A stretch of 64,000 nucleotides of DNA from Phoronis australis (lineage: Eukaryota; Animalia; Phoronida), in NCBI GenBank assembly GCA_002633005.1, contig NMRA01000359.1, positions 1 to 64,000 on the forward strand, in the 5' to 3' direction. Each line of letters begins with the position of its first letter. The first letter of the stretch is position 1. Below the pieces are notes generated by a model. That model had not been told where the DNA came from. It worked only from the letters and a program-made list of their open reading frames with translations, and did not search any database. Shown piece after piece: positions 52,401 to 64,000 of the stretch. Both the position numbers and the translations under genes were made by a program.

Positions 52401-55400
52401 TGCTCCCGCCGTAACCAGAGACTGATACCTTGCCCATTTTTGAAAAGCTGGAAGGTCAAAAATACCCAAGTGGCCGAAGAACTCTTCCTATAAACCGATA
52501 ACGGGAGTACCCCTGCCCTAATTTTAGAAGTCCTCTTGGTTGCCTCATACCCCTGCTGCTACCCGCGAGATAGTGGAATTCCTGTCCTGTGCTTTAACGG
52601 TAAATACATGTACTGTTTACACTGTCGGATATTCGGGATTTTGGTCATACCACCTGACCCCATCCCCTTAAACTGCCTACGCAAATATAAGACGTTGACC
52701 TTTCAGGCCTGTAAGTTGGTCAAAACATTTGAAGTTGTATGAGTCCATTGACCCGTATTTGCGTTTTTTACTTGTTTTAAATGTCATGTCTGAATTGTGA
52801 GACTATCTAATGAATACAGCGATTACGAATAACACAGGCAAACTATTATCTACAATACATGGACAGTGCAAATTTTAACAAAATGGCAACTTCCCTGCAA
52901 TTTAAGCCGTCACGCGTCTCAATGACTATATATCAACGATTTGAGCACTGTTGAGTTACGGAGTAGAGTTGTTAGCCTGCCGCAAGTTTTCTTATACATC
53001 ATATCCCTCTCCTCTTAGCTATAGCCAGCGCGATCCTTGGCCCACCATAGTTTTTTATGGAAAATGGGCGCAAAAAGGGATCATATTCCATAAATGAAAC
53101 TTGTACACAAACACTCGATCATGAACTAGAGTGTGTTGAATAAGGTTGGGCGCATCGCAGTGTAAAGATTAGTGGGGTTTCAAGCTCAGTCCGGCGTACG
53201 TCCCCTGGTCTGAGCTAAGAGAATTGTTTCTTGATTTTGGTTGACAAACAATTCTTTAAATTACCTGGTTCAGGAAAGTACTAAACGTTTCACTTGAACT
53301 GTAGTTATGGGTCTCTCAAAAAATGCTGCGTCGCCTGTGCACTTATGTGATGATCGTCTACTCTTAGGCAATAGATATCACATGTACGACCTTTGACAAA
53401 ACGGGCGCCACACACATTTCCAATCACCAGGTACCGTGACCACCGAACTTGTTTCGAGCCGCCAATCAAAATTGGCCAATCACAACGCGTGGAATCGGAA
53501 AAAATACTATTCGAAGCGAGGCACGTGATTCGTCAATTTTCGAGTTGAGTGTCCAGTAAAGTTATGTTTTGCTTCCGTTCGATCTTTTCCTGTTTTCTGC
53601 TAATTACCTCCACATTATTTTAAATTAGTTTGTCATGACCCAATAAAATTTGCTCGTAAGTAAACGTATCAAGGGACCTTCTCGCACCAAACTCGTTCTC
53701 ATGACGGCTGATATCAGCCGTACCGTTAGCGAATATTTACTTATTTATTGCTACACAAGTAAATGACAGTACGTTAAAATACAAATATTTATCCCAGAAA
53801 TCCATCCATTATACCCAGACGTTTACCTATGAAACAATAGCTTACTTAAATGTACCACAATACTGAGCAAATTCACCAAAAGTTACTAATACTTCGTTTC
53901 GTTGATGTTGTCGACAGTGGCAGAACACAATGATTTCTCGTTGCTAACATATTAATGTTTCCACGTGATGGACACATTGGAACTCGGTGAATAGAATGAA
54001 GTAGGGAAGAAATTCGTTAAAAGAACCACAACGCGTACCAGCATCATACATGGACCAACGACGGTCGTGGTCGTCAATACAAATAAAACATCGAAACTTC
54101 ATTTACAGTTCGTAAAACTTTTCACCACAGATTTTTGTCTTCAGTGAGCAATTTTCAAACAGGCGAAGAATGTACTGATCGCTATAGAAGATATCTTTAA
54201 CAGTACAGGCTGTCGACAACAAAAGAGCGCGTTGAAATTAATATGGCGGATACTTTTTAGTGCTGAGTTATGGAAGTAAACGGTACGCCAACACTCACAA
54301 TTCTCGCTATTTCCGCAGCATGACTCAATAACTCGACGCCGGTGTTTACAGCAAGTAACCGGACGCGCGACAGGGTGTTTCCCGGGAAACGGATAGATTA
54401 GAAACGCCTAAATTTTGAATTGACGTCGCTGCAGCACTTTCTGAATCTTTAATTATTCAGCCAGCTACACGCGTAAATTAAGTGCGTAAATTAATTCTTG
54501 TTGACGGAGTAAATTATTAACGACTTAAACCAATTCTTTACGGCGTAAATTAACTTTTAACGACTTAAATTTATTGCTTGCTATGTAAATAATTATTTTT
54601 GACATAACTTAACTTTTAGCCGTGTAATTTTTTTCAAAATCAATAATTTATGCCGTTAAAAGTTTAAATTTGCCCCACAAATAATTAATTTACGCCATAA
54701 AGAATTAATTTACCCTGTTGAAAGTTAATTTGCTCTGCAAATAATTGATTTACGCCGTAATGAATTAATTTACGTCATTAAAATTTAATTTACGCCGAAA
54801 ATAAGTATTTTGTGCCATAGAAAATTACTTTACGGCCTCAAACTGTCACCGGCTCTCTTTTGTTATTTTGAGACGTAGCAGGCCCTCCCACTGGGAGGTC
54901 GCCATCAATGGTAAGATGAGGGCCGTCCGTTCTACTGCTACCATGGTACAAATTGAGGGACGTGGCCAGGCGTTTCGACTCTTAACACCTCTCGCCCTTG
55001 GTCACTTATCAACATGTATTTAATGGATCTGTAAATTGACTACAGTAGGTGGCGCAAATTTCAGACCTTGACCATGTCGCAGAAACCAAAGATCTACTGA
55101 CACATCGCATCGCTTATGTGTTTGATTTTGTCTAAAATTATTTTGTCCCCACGTGAAAACGTTACTACGCAGGTGAATTTGTGCGTGTAGGTACACGCGG
55201 GCGGATCCAGGATTTTTATTTAATGGGGGCGAGAGCAGAGTATTAACCAAGATTTTGCCCTCGAACTGCCAAATGGAATCTGGGAAAGTTTTAGGGGGGC
55301 GATGGCCCCCTTGGGCCCCTCTAAATCCGCCAGTGGTACCGTACATCTTAAAAGCTACTATGTAGACTTCAGAAAAATATAACTTTGATTGTCAGTTCTT

Positions 55401-55654
55401 AATTCCTAAGGGCAGAAATAACATCTTACCTTAGGAATGAACAAATTTAGATCAATTTTGTGTAGGAGTAAATGGTCTACATTTGAACTTTAATAAAGCG
55501 CATAACAGATTTAAATATCATGGTTTTGAGATTATCCCAAGGGCTCCCACGAACAAGAAAAAAAGTATTCGCATTTAATCTCAAAACTGGTGTTTCTATT
55601 TCAGAATTTGTAAAGAAAGTGATGGCCGGACCTTATCCCGACGCCAAGAAATAG
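34497..55654 (+). CDS. Myosin essential light chain (molluscan striated-muscle type), isoform using distal last exon, 160 aa
   Basis: Exons 34497-34499 (ATG only), 34682-34709, 43421-43567, 45342-45509, 46720-46806, 55605-55654; all GT-AG and in phase. Protein MSDISQDEIDDVQEVFDLFDFWDGRDGLVDAFKVGD..GTYADFIEAFKCFDREGQGFIS..GERL..KYDEFVKKVMAGPYPDAKK closely resembles scallop ELC. Confidence 0.93.
39070..39765. mobile_element. MITE family B copy in ELC intron 2
   Basis: Inverted CGGTTGCATGAAACAG (~39074) / CTGTTTCCTGCAACCG (~39741); related to 44570-45181. Confidence 0.55.
42595..42604. promoter_or_regulatory. Perfect CArG box (SRF site) in ELC intron 2
   Basis: CCATATATGG matches CC(A/T)6GG; nearby MEF2-like CTAAATATAC (~42687). 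Function is inferred only. Confidence 0.45.
43070..43221 (+). mobile_element. MITE family A, copy 3
   Basis: CATGGGCGGATCCAGG..TAAATCCGCCACTG; flanks CAAGC/TAAGC. Confidence 0.8.
44570..45181. mobile_element. MITE family B in ELC intron 3
   Basis: Termini AATAGACCATTTGCA / TGCAAACGATCTATT; internal inverted GGTTGCATGAAACAGTCCCAAATAGGGAC / GTCCCTGTTTGGGACAGTCTCATGCAACC. Confidence 0.7.
46018..46410. mobile_element. MITE with long imperfect TIRs (GGGCC termini, Harbinger-like)
   Basis: GGGCCGGGTCTAATCTC..CGAAATTATTTTTGATATTTTC versus GAAAATGTCGAAAATAATTTTCG..GATAAGACCCAGGGCCC; a short related copy lies at ~44373-44535. Confidence 0.6.
50018..50067 (+). CDS. Myosin ELC alternative last exon (proximal), EFVKKVMEGPEGAKKK*
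   Basis: Branch-like CACTAAT at ~49990, pyrimidine tract and CAG at 50015-50017; phase 1, same 50-nt length as 55605-55654; AATAAA at 50226. Confidence 0.85.
54468..54840. repeat. Foldback-type inverted array of ~21-bp AT-rich units
   Basis: Left half repeats CGTAAATTAA-type units and right half repeats TTAATTTACG-type units, with the switch near 54630. Confidence 0.75.
55196..55335 (+). mobile_element. MITE family A, copy 4
   Basis: GGGCGGATCCAGG..TAAATCCGCCAGTG; flanks GTACA/GTACC. Confidence 0.78.
55605..55654 (+). CDS. Myosin ELC alternative last exon (distal), EFVKKVMAGPYPDAKK*
   Basis: TTTCTATTTCAG acceptor, phase 1, scallop-like VMAGPYPD; AATAAA at 56207. Confidence 0.88.
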
Positions 55655-58600
55655 GGCGGACTCTCAAGAACGCGCGACGACCAAGTACTATCAAATGCGA
55701 ACTCTTTGACATTGCACTCTCCCGTTTCTAGTCATCATGTTGGTGACATTTCGGAGATGTACAGTTAGAGCGAGTGGAGACAAGATTGGAATACACTGTT
55801 TCGTTCTGCACAAGAATATTTATTCGTTATAGGATACTTCCTCTTGGAATTATTTGCCATCAATGAAGTTTTGGAGGGAACACCTCAGATAGTTGAATGA
55901 TGTTAAACATTTTCACCTTGGTGCCTACAATTATTTTTCGTCGTATACTGTGTGTTTTGTAACTTAACGTACAGGTATAAGGACGGGGCGTAGTGCCTCA
56001 TCTGTGAGGCAGCGTGTACTCTACACTTTCTATCGCTCAACAACGCAAGCAAGTGTACGCCGTCCGAGTCCTGGTATCTTGTACGTATATCACGCTCATG
56101 CACCCGAGACATATAGACAAAATTCGTATAATGTCTAAAAGACACATTGACCCTTAAGGTTAGCTCAGGTTGGCCAATGCTTTTATTGTATCTGTTGAAG
56201 ACTGTCAATAAATGAGTGAACTTGTCGATGTGAGAAGCTTTAAATTTTCAGCAAATCATGATATTGAGCTGGGTAGAAAAATCATCTACTACTGTGCTAA
56301 CTACTTGAAGACTGGGTGCGGGGCCGTTCCAAAGAAATTTTCCTCTGTTTTTCTCCTCTGGCGTTGTCTTGGCAACTTACCAATGTAACGAAGTGGTGCA
56401 ATTTGCTCCGGTAAAACTGTCGTTTACACTGTCACTTGCACCGGAACAGTTTGCCCTAGGAACAAACTGTTGAGGCCTGTCCCCATTTCCTGAAGTTCGA
56501 ACATTTCTGGCTCATTAGGGACCTTGCTTAGGGCACATGATTTTGTCGGTAAAATTTCGGCTGGTCTTACAATCGAATAGGCGGATGACCCGCTGTTGCA
56601 CCTCCCTCTTTTGCTAATCTTGCAAGGCATCAACCTTATGTAGATTTTCTGACACCAGGGAAGTAGTTACTGAGCTATCATGCTTGTGTGCACTCAAGCC
56701 ATTTTTATGTTGGACATGAAGGGATCACAAATTATACATAATTATGCATTAAAATAAATGAAAGCTAGCCGGCATAAATCCGATGAGTACCCGTTCGAAG
56801 AACCGTCACGAACTTATGGCGTTTCCCACGGACCTCAGTGTTGCCGGTATGTGATAAGAGGCCCATTTAGGGATACAGGTTAGTTTGCCGCTGAATGTCG
56901 CCACTTTGCTTTTACAGAAAATTTGCTCAACTATTACTGTGTCAGCGTACACAGCACACAAAGTTTTCCAGGATCTGTACTGCCTTTTTCGTCGTTAGGC
57001 CTGAACATGTCTTTTTTAAAGAAATATCTTTATAAATATGAGTACTCTTTTAAAATCCAAATCCACTCTAATGTCAAAATTTGGGAATTCGCATGTTCGC
57101 GTCCTATTTAATATTTAATCAGAATTTATACATTTTTCCTCATCTTCAAAATTCTTGCCAAAACAACTCGTTGAAATCGTAATCTTTCCATGTTTTACAA
57201 ATCCCTGTGACCGTCATTTTTCACACAAATAATATTTGAACGGGTCATTTTATGACAAATAGCCTACCGACCCACAACAAATGGTTTTACAACGGTTTTA
57301 GTTCTTACCGGGTATAATTATTACCAGGAAAAAAGTTTACCAAAATCTGACCACCGGAAATGGGTTAAAAGTGGACCATTTCCAAGATGGCCGCCACGTC
57401 ATTTAGAAATCACTATACATGTATAACAGATATAATGTCTTCAATAGTTGTGACAGATATATTCTAGTCTATGGTTTTACGTGGTGAGCAACTCACTGGT
57501 GTGGGTAAAATTCAGATATGATCAGTATTTGATATGAAATTCAAGGAAGTGGCTAAAATTCAAGAAGTTCAACGAAAAATCACTGATTTCTCCATTATTT
57601 TTTATCTTTTCTCCTATAACGAAAGTATCATTGGATGAGACTGATGTCTGATTGAATGGTCTTAAAACATTTAGATGTGACTGAATTGTGACTGAATTAT
57701 TTTAAAATATGATCACTGCATTTATATTTAAGCGGTCAAATATTTAATCCAAAGCACTGGCTTGACATAAGAGCCACAAAAATGGTCTGGTGTGTATTTG
57801 TTTGCTTCTGCTTTTATTTAAAAACCCACACAAAGAAACTAGAAACCCAGGGCAAAATGCCAAAATCAGTGATCGAGCCATTTAACAAACACTAATGAGA
57901 GCGCTAAAAAGCGCAGGCGGCTTGACTCATGGCAGTAAGATGACAGAGGAGCAGCGAGCATTGGGGACAATGTCGACCCCATAACGTCAATTTTAAAGTG
58001 AACATCGCTTTGCAGCACTTCAATGACCTCACGCACGCTACAAGCAAACAACACAAAGAAGTAAATGGTGCCAGAAATGAAAGAGATGCATGCGACCCTG
58101 CGAAGATAAACACAAGGACGACCGAATTTTCACCCTTCTTAGATAATGCGCTACGCAATGTCACCAATGGTGTAGTCGCTAGTGAAGACGTCAACATGCA
58201 TGAATAATATGAATCTGTCGAGAACAAAATCAATAAGAGAATGGCCGGGAAATCTTTCTTTCTGTTTTAACAGGAAAGAGAAAGCTCTGGAAAATCTGCT
58301 ATCAAGATTGGTACTAACAGAACCATCGACCCTAGCTTGCTCTTGCAGCGATTCCTGGTGGTATCCCGGTCGAGTGACTTGTTTCTTGAGGAAATGATAA
58401 GTTTTAAGCTCATTGCATACCCACCGTCCCTCTTTGAGAACAACCTGATCTTGAGGAAGGCTGACAAACCTCAACTGGCTCAAGCCATCAAAAACCACTG
58501 TTCCAAAGCTCATGCAAGTGAAGGAGCACCAGACTCCACACCTTCAGTACATCTCCAGACTGAAAGGTTTGTGCTTGATGTGGAATCTTTGCAGCACAAG

Positions 58601-59101
58601 TTCAAATGGAAGAAGGAGTTTACAAGAGACAAATTTCCGGAACATATGCTGACTTCACAGCAAAGCACTATGAGGCAGCCACTGCTGTCCTTGATGGCTA
58701 TGATGCAGGTTCTTCTTAGCAGAGACGGAGACAGACCAGAAGCTATCCGACTGTAAACTTCAACGGAGAAATCAAATTTGATGGTAAGAGACATGAATTC
58801 CGGTAACAAGCAACTACTGATCGCCGTAATAAGTGACCGGCTTCAGAAAGTGGGACGCACAGTCGTTCAGGCAGAAGGGGGGGGGGCTGATGTGGACATT
58901 GCAAAAAATAGCACTTAATAGTACAATTATGAATTCCTGCACAGTAATCGGCGACGACAGTGACCCGTTGATGCCTTTGCTCCATTACTACATGAATGAT
59001 GAGGGAAACTACAGTAGTAACTATTTTCAGATGGGACGATCAGTCAAAAACCAATATGGTCGCAATGTTTGGTAAGGAGAGAACCAAGAAGGTTGCTGCT
59101 G

Positions 59102-59540
59102 TTAAAGGAGAATGCCACCCGATTTAATCAGTCTTTTTTGCCGTCTTAATCGGTCTATATCCGCATCGCCTGGCGCATACGGTCGACCTTACCTTGCCAA
59201 GAGGTGTCGCGTTAACCTGTGAGGAAGGTGAGAAATGACGCTAACGACGTCAGTGGTTTATGTGCAGAGTGAATGCCGCTATGTTGCGGTGCATCGTTCC
59301 CGCTTGTCCGAACTAAGCAGCTGCGAGGAAACCGGGTATATCGTTTTTTTACTTCCTCGGGAGTCCGAAATGCTTAGGAAGTGGCTCATGGTAGTGAAGA
59401 ATGAAATGTACGCTGTAAATACAGTAGCAAGTATGAGGCCGTGAAACATCTCCGTGTCTGTGGCCTGCAGACGTCGACAGTGCCTGACGAATGCCGGCTT
59501 ACCAAATAACTCCATACGTTCCGTTGTTTGAGCTTGTTCA
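59102..59540 (+). mobile_element. Kolobok-like element fragment with THAP zinc-finger relic
   Basis: Starts TTAA-AGGAG; frameshifted MPLCC..CPN..KPGISFF.LPRESEMLRKWL..HLRVCGL (59273-59470) matches the THAP pattern. Confidence 0.5.
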
Positions 59541-59746
59541 CGGCGCCTCTCTAGTATTTCTTCACTTTCTAGACTGGGGCTGGAGACTCATACCCATCAT
59601 GGCCATCCATCAAACACTCTCCTGAAGATGATACACTACAACCACACCGCAGTTTGTAGTATTCCCCGTTGCAGCTGGAGAAATAATGGGCTTCCGCATG
59701 TACATCTGCATATGGATTGTGTCAAGCGACATGTTGTGGCAATCAA

Positions 59747-59930
59747 GAGGAGGCAGTGGGGCCTTTTGTAGGTTCGACTCCCAGTGGGTCACACTGCTAA
59801 TCCTTTGAGCTAGGTTTTTTGAACCTCTGCTAGGTTTTAATTAGATATTAATAAAGCTTAAAACTGGTTCTAGGTTATCAGTGCAATGGGCCCACATGCG
59901 CGGCCTGCGCACACCTGACCGCCTGCAATT
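59747..59930 (+). mobile_element. tRNA-derived SINE copy 2
   Basis: B box GGTTCGACTCCC; body shared with 14510-14720. Confidence 0.72.
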
Positions 59931-62900
59931 ATTTTTTTTTAAATATTGTGACAGTCCGCTAAATCAAGTCTCTGAGCAACTTAGCATGGCAGTATCTATG
60001 AGCAACAAGCTGAATTTCAGAGTTGTTCAAGCCTCTGCCTTATATGGTCTTTCGTACATGCGAAAAACTTGCTGATCGTGCAGCCATACAGCAAATGTTT
60101 CAAGTGACAAAATTTAGGAAATGGTTTAGGCTAGCTACCTGTCATCATCATAAATGAGCGTCAATAAAAAAGTTCTGAGGATTCATCACGTTACACATCG
60201 CGTAGGCATAAAGTTCTAAACCCATGTTCACCAGTATTCAAAAGGAAATGAGAAACACGGAAACTTCTGTAAGTCAGTAGTCAAAAACCAACCAGTTCAT
60301 CTCCGACACAAGTAAAAACATTAGTTTATGATGTCAAACAGCAAAAACAGATTTATTCATAGCCACTAATCGCTTTTTACCGGACCGTAAATCACTCAGT
60401 AGGTGCACAGGTAACTCTAAATGAACACAGTACAGTGTAATCTACAAGCTATTGTTCATCAACAGCAACGTGTGCTCTTCAGTCATCCTCTAAAAACGAA
60501 GTGTGTTTTACAAACCAATCGCATGAAAACCGCTGTAAGTTTTACCATAATTCTCAATCTAACACCTTCCAGTGCAATAATGTTAATTAAAAGACTAAAT
60601 ATCACAGGGAAATAAAAAATAAAAGCGAACCCCTATAAGGACAATAAGGAACATCTCATCCTTTCAGATGAAGACAATTCCACTACCCAGTTTGTAACCT
60701 ATGATAAAAGACTGACCAAGCACACCAAACAAATTAATACGGGTCACCATTTAACAAACATGATATTGCATTACTTACCTAACATAGACACCAATACTTC
60801 AACCATTTAGTAATCAAGTATCAGAAGGTCAGACATCCATCCCAACTGCCACACATAAATGGCTTAAAACCTAACCACCGGTATTAGGTGTTCAGTTGTT
60901 TAGTCATGCATCGTATCAATCAATGCGATAGATGACAATGCCGGCTAATTTGTGCGGCACACATTTGTAGCCATTTTCTTGTCTCACGGTCCATGGGACT
61001 TACATGAAATATACCACAAATTAGGAATGAAAGCCATTAAAAATAAAACTGACTTCGCACGATGATACTGCTTTCAGGATTGCAAGCATTGGTTTGATTA
61101 CAGTTGACTTTTCAGTAAGCTATGTTAGTTTCGCATTTTTGTCCTCTGTTCACACACACATGGAAATACTATTTGAGTGACCCCCACTTTTTTGAAGATT
61201 TATAGTTGGCAAAGACCAAATTACAAAATTCATGACTTAAAAAGTTCATTGAAAAATTGGAACGCCCTTAAAATGGTGCCATTAATAACCTACAGATTAG
61301 TCATTTGGACGTTTTAAAGCGTTTTTTTTTCCTAACACCAGTTGCTACAAAGTCAATGCCCTTGACTGGGTAAAACAGAACAGGCTGGATTGGACATCAA
61401 GACAGTGATGAGGATTGAGCTGAGGCAGTACATGTACGTGTATAGAAATGAACATAATTCTTGGGTGAAAATGTAACCTAAACAATTATGCGTCATGTAA
61501 TATTTTACTTGCTGGCAACTGGTGTTCAGTCATTATTATGCTGATAGATAAGTTTAAGTCAAGAAATGTTTTGCAGGTTTAAGTTATTGATTATAATACA
61601 ACCTATACAACCTTGGTACACATTCTCTGGCTGTCAGCGAATTCCAAACGCTGTAGCTCATTAGTTTGTAGTCAAGATTGTGTGTAAAACATTGTAATTA
61701 ATCCCAATTAACTCTTTCTCAGCACTTGAGAATACCATTCATTCTTTACTAGGCAAAATGTGGCACGCAACATGGGCGGCGCTGCACTGAAGTGGGGAGC
61801 TATAGCCCCCCAACCCCCTGTACTCCACCGCCCGTAGACCATGGACGGTGCAGCACTGAAAAAAGTGGGGCTATAGCCCCTAGCCCCCTATGGTGCGCCG
61901 CCCATCCCCAACCGATAACACATGCTGCTGACGCAACCCTTGAAAACACACTCCTGACTGCCAAGTGTCACCATCCTTGATGATGCCGTGGACTGAGTGA
62001 AAACACAGTGTATCATTATATTTTTTATCTGTACTGACAATATATTGATATGCAATTTCGATGAACGTTTTTTGAAAAAACAAAAGTTAAAGTACGAAAC
62101 GTTTTTGGCCACCCAATATAATGGACAAATATTGATTTTTCGTCATTGAACTTTTTGCCACTACCTTGAATTTCATATCAAATACTTATCATATCCTAAT
62201 TTTAACCACACCAGTGAGTTTCTCACCCATTAAAACCATAGACTAGAATAAAAAATTGTGTCGCTATCACAATTATTGAAGGAGTTATATCTGATTTAGT
62301 GATTTCGTAGCGTCGTGGCAGCCATCTTGGAAATGACGCAGTTTTAACCCGTTTCCGGTTGTCAGAATTTGGTAGACATTTTCCCTGTTAATACTCAGAA
62401 TACTCAGTGGGGTATTAAACAACTCTAAAACCCTTTGTTGCAATTTGGTGTGAGTCAAGTGAAATGAACGCTGATGTCACTCACGCGGCATATGCTCATG
62501 AATGGTGGATGTTCACGCAACTGGTTAATGTATAGAAACCAAGAAAACCAGTCTAACTTCTCGTTGGTTTAGTTCGAGCGAGATTTCCTTTCAAGAAGAG
62601 GTACACAAAGGCAAATGATGTCGACAGCAATACGTCACCCACACCTACGTAGTTCACTAGCCAATAAGGTGCTCACAGGAGAATTCGCGGAAAAAGAAGA
62701 CGTACTTTCGTTTTGAAATGTTGCGCACCCATAAAGAGTAATTTGATTTGAAGAATGTAATGTTCTGTGATGTTTAATTTTCTTTTGTCCCGCTTCCTTC
62801 GAAATCCTGCTAAATGTTCCGAAACCGAAAATATTGCTAAATTACATCTGTTCGCCACAAGCTAGTTCCAAACCATTTTGAGAAATTCATATAACTACAA

Positions 62901-63941
62901 CTATAACTTTGAATGGTAAATCAAATTCTACTAATAAATGGAGATCTGTTAGTCAAATATATAATTTCCTAGTGTTCCAATTTCAAAAACTGTTTCCTTT
63001 ATTACAGACAAGACATGCTTGCGAGATGAGTGATTTTAGTCACGGGTCTCAATTCTCCTTATTTTCAGATAAACTATGGAATACAACTGATAACTGGCTA
63101 GCGATTGCCGGTCTTCTTACGTTATTCCATACTGCCATGATATTTTTGACGGGGCAGTGATTGAATACACACGTGTTTACAATAAAACGTACACACCTTT
63201 AAAATTACTTAACAATGCAACCGTATTCCGTTCGAGAGAATTCCTATCCTTAAGCTGTTTAGGCAGCCTGCACTCAGGCGCGCGCCGTGGTCCATATCCT
63301 AATTATGATTTTCAAACAGCTATAATGATAACAAATTTATAAATGATCGTTTTAGAACCCTTAATTGATTAATTTTCTCTCTTACCGTGGTTTTTCTAAG
63401 AGTTGATTAAATGTGGCAAAAATATCGTTCGAGAGTGTTAACAAATCTCATGACTAGCTTTGTTTTTCGAATGAGAATTCTTCATTAACACACATTATTC
63501 AACAAAATCTTGAATATTGGGTTACATTAGATATATTTTAGCCGTCATCGGATGCGATACAAAACCAAGTCTTTACCCTGCCATCTAAAACTGGAATAGC
63601 GACACCACACATCAAGCCAGGAGGATCTGTTCACCTCTCAGTGATTCCCCGCAAGTCCCGCGTTGGTCAGTCATCAGTCGCTTCTACCCCAGCACGTTGG
63701 CAAGGCGGAAGAACTACTGCATCTCAAACGTTTCCTGCCGGCACTCTAATAGAGCACACCCCCTAATTATTTGTTTAATATAAAAACACAAACGAATCAC
63801 AGGGAGAATAAACGTAACATGTTCAAGGGGTAAGCATGAAAATCCCTATTAGGGGCTATAAATTCGCCACTGTACCAGACGACTCTACAAACTCGGCCAT
63901 CAAAGCGTTTAGCTACGTTCTGCACATTAGTCAGCCACGTT

Positions 63942-63954
63942 ATGAAGTTATTAG
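63942..63954 (+). CDS. Candidate first coding exon (MKLL-) of a gene continuing beyond the window, possibly a signal-peptide start
   Basis: TATAAA at 63857-63862, ATG AAG TTA TTA G followed by donor GTAAGA at 63955 (phase 1). Confidence 0.4.
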
Positions 63955-64000
63955 GTAAGATTTATTTTCACATAAAATTCAATTACTGTTTACGACAAAA

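Larger units (their letters stand above)
57270..62445 (+). mobile_element. Decayed Academ (XPG-type) DNA transposon with ~330-bp TIRs and nested insertions
   Basis: 57270-57600 is an imperfect reverse complement of 62115-62445 (e.g. AGTATTTGATATGAAATTCAAGG / CCTTGAATTTCATATCAAATACT). Internal relics IDPSLLLQRF, YPPSLFENNLILRKADKPQLA, FVLD, VLDGYD, ADVDIAK, VIGDDSD at 58300-58990. Confidence 0.7.

Noticed and set aside
53400-53540. Cluster of CCAAT boxes suggesting an internal promoter
   Set aside because: CCAATCA..CGCG motifs are typical of invertebrate MITE interiors and no downstream exon was found.
1-64000. Prokaryotic systems (CRISPR arrays, operons, defence islands)
   Set aside because: The window is clearly spliceosomal-intron-containing animal DNA; no repeat-spacer array was seen.

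Overview
Eukaryotic (animal, most likely lophotrochozoan/mollusc-like) genomic DNA, AT-rich and rich in decayed transposons. Four genes can be reconstructed by eye: (1) intronless RBMX2 (minus, 10372-10965); (2) a 12-exon cAMP-receptor-like 7TM GPCR (plus, 11615-24748) arranged head-to-head with RBMX2; (3) an intronless TSSK-like kinase with DFG replaced by GFG (minus, 27146-28441); (4) a molluscan-type myosin essential light chain (plus, 34497-55654). A possible first exon of a fifth gene lies at the right edge. The main points of interest are as follows. The ELC has two duplicated, equal-length alternative last exons, plus a third candidate exon preceded by a perfect TACTAAC distant branch point. 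The GPCR has an in-frame TGA-C in the middle of an acidic dileucine motif (E-N-Q-stop-L-L), followed by 28 more coding-like codons, which suggests readthrough or a nonsense allele. A Helentron-like element carries an array of CTCF-like motifs. Repeats include Penelope, Hero-like, CR1/L2, Gypsy protease, AcademX, Kolobok/THAP, tRNA-SINE and several MITE families. All calls are by eye from motifs; no database search was run.
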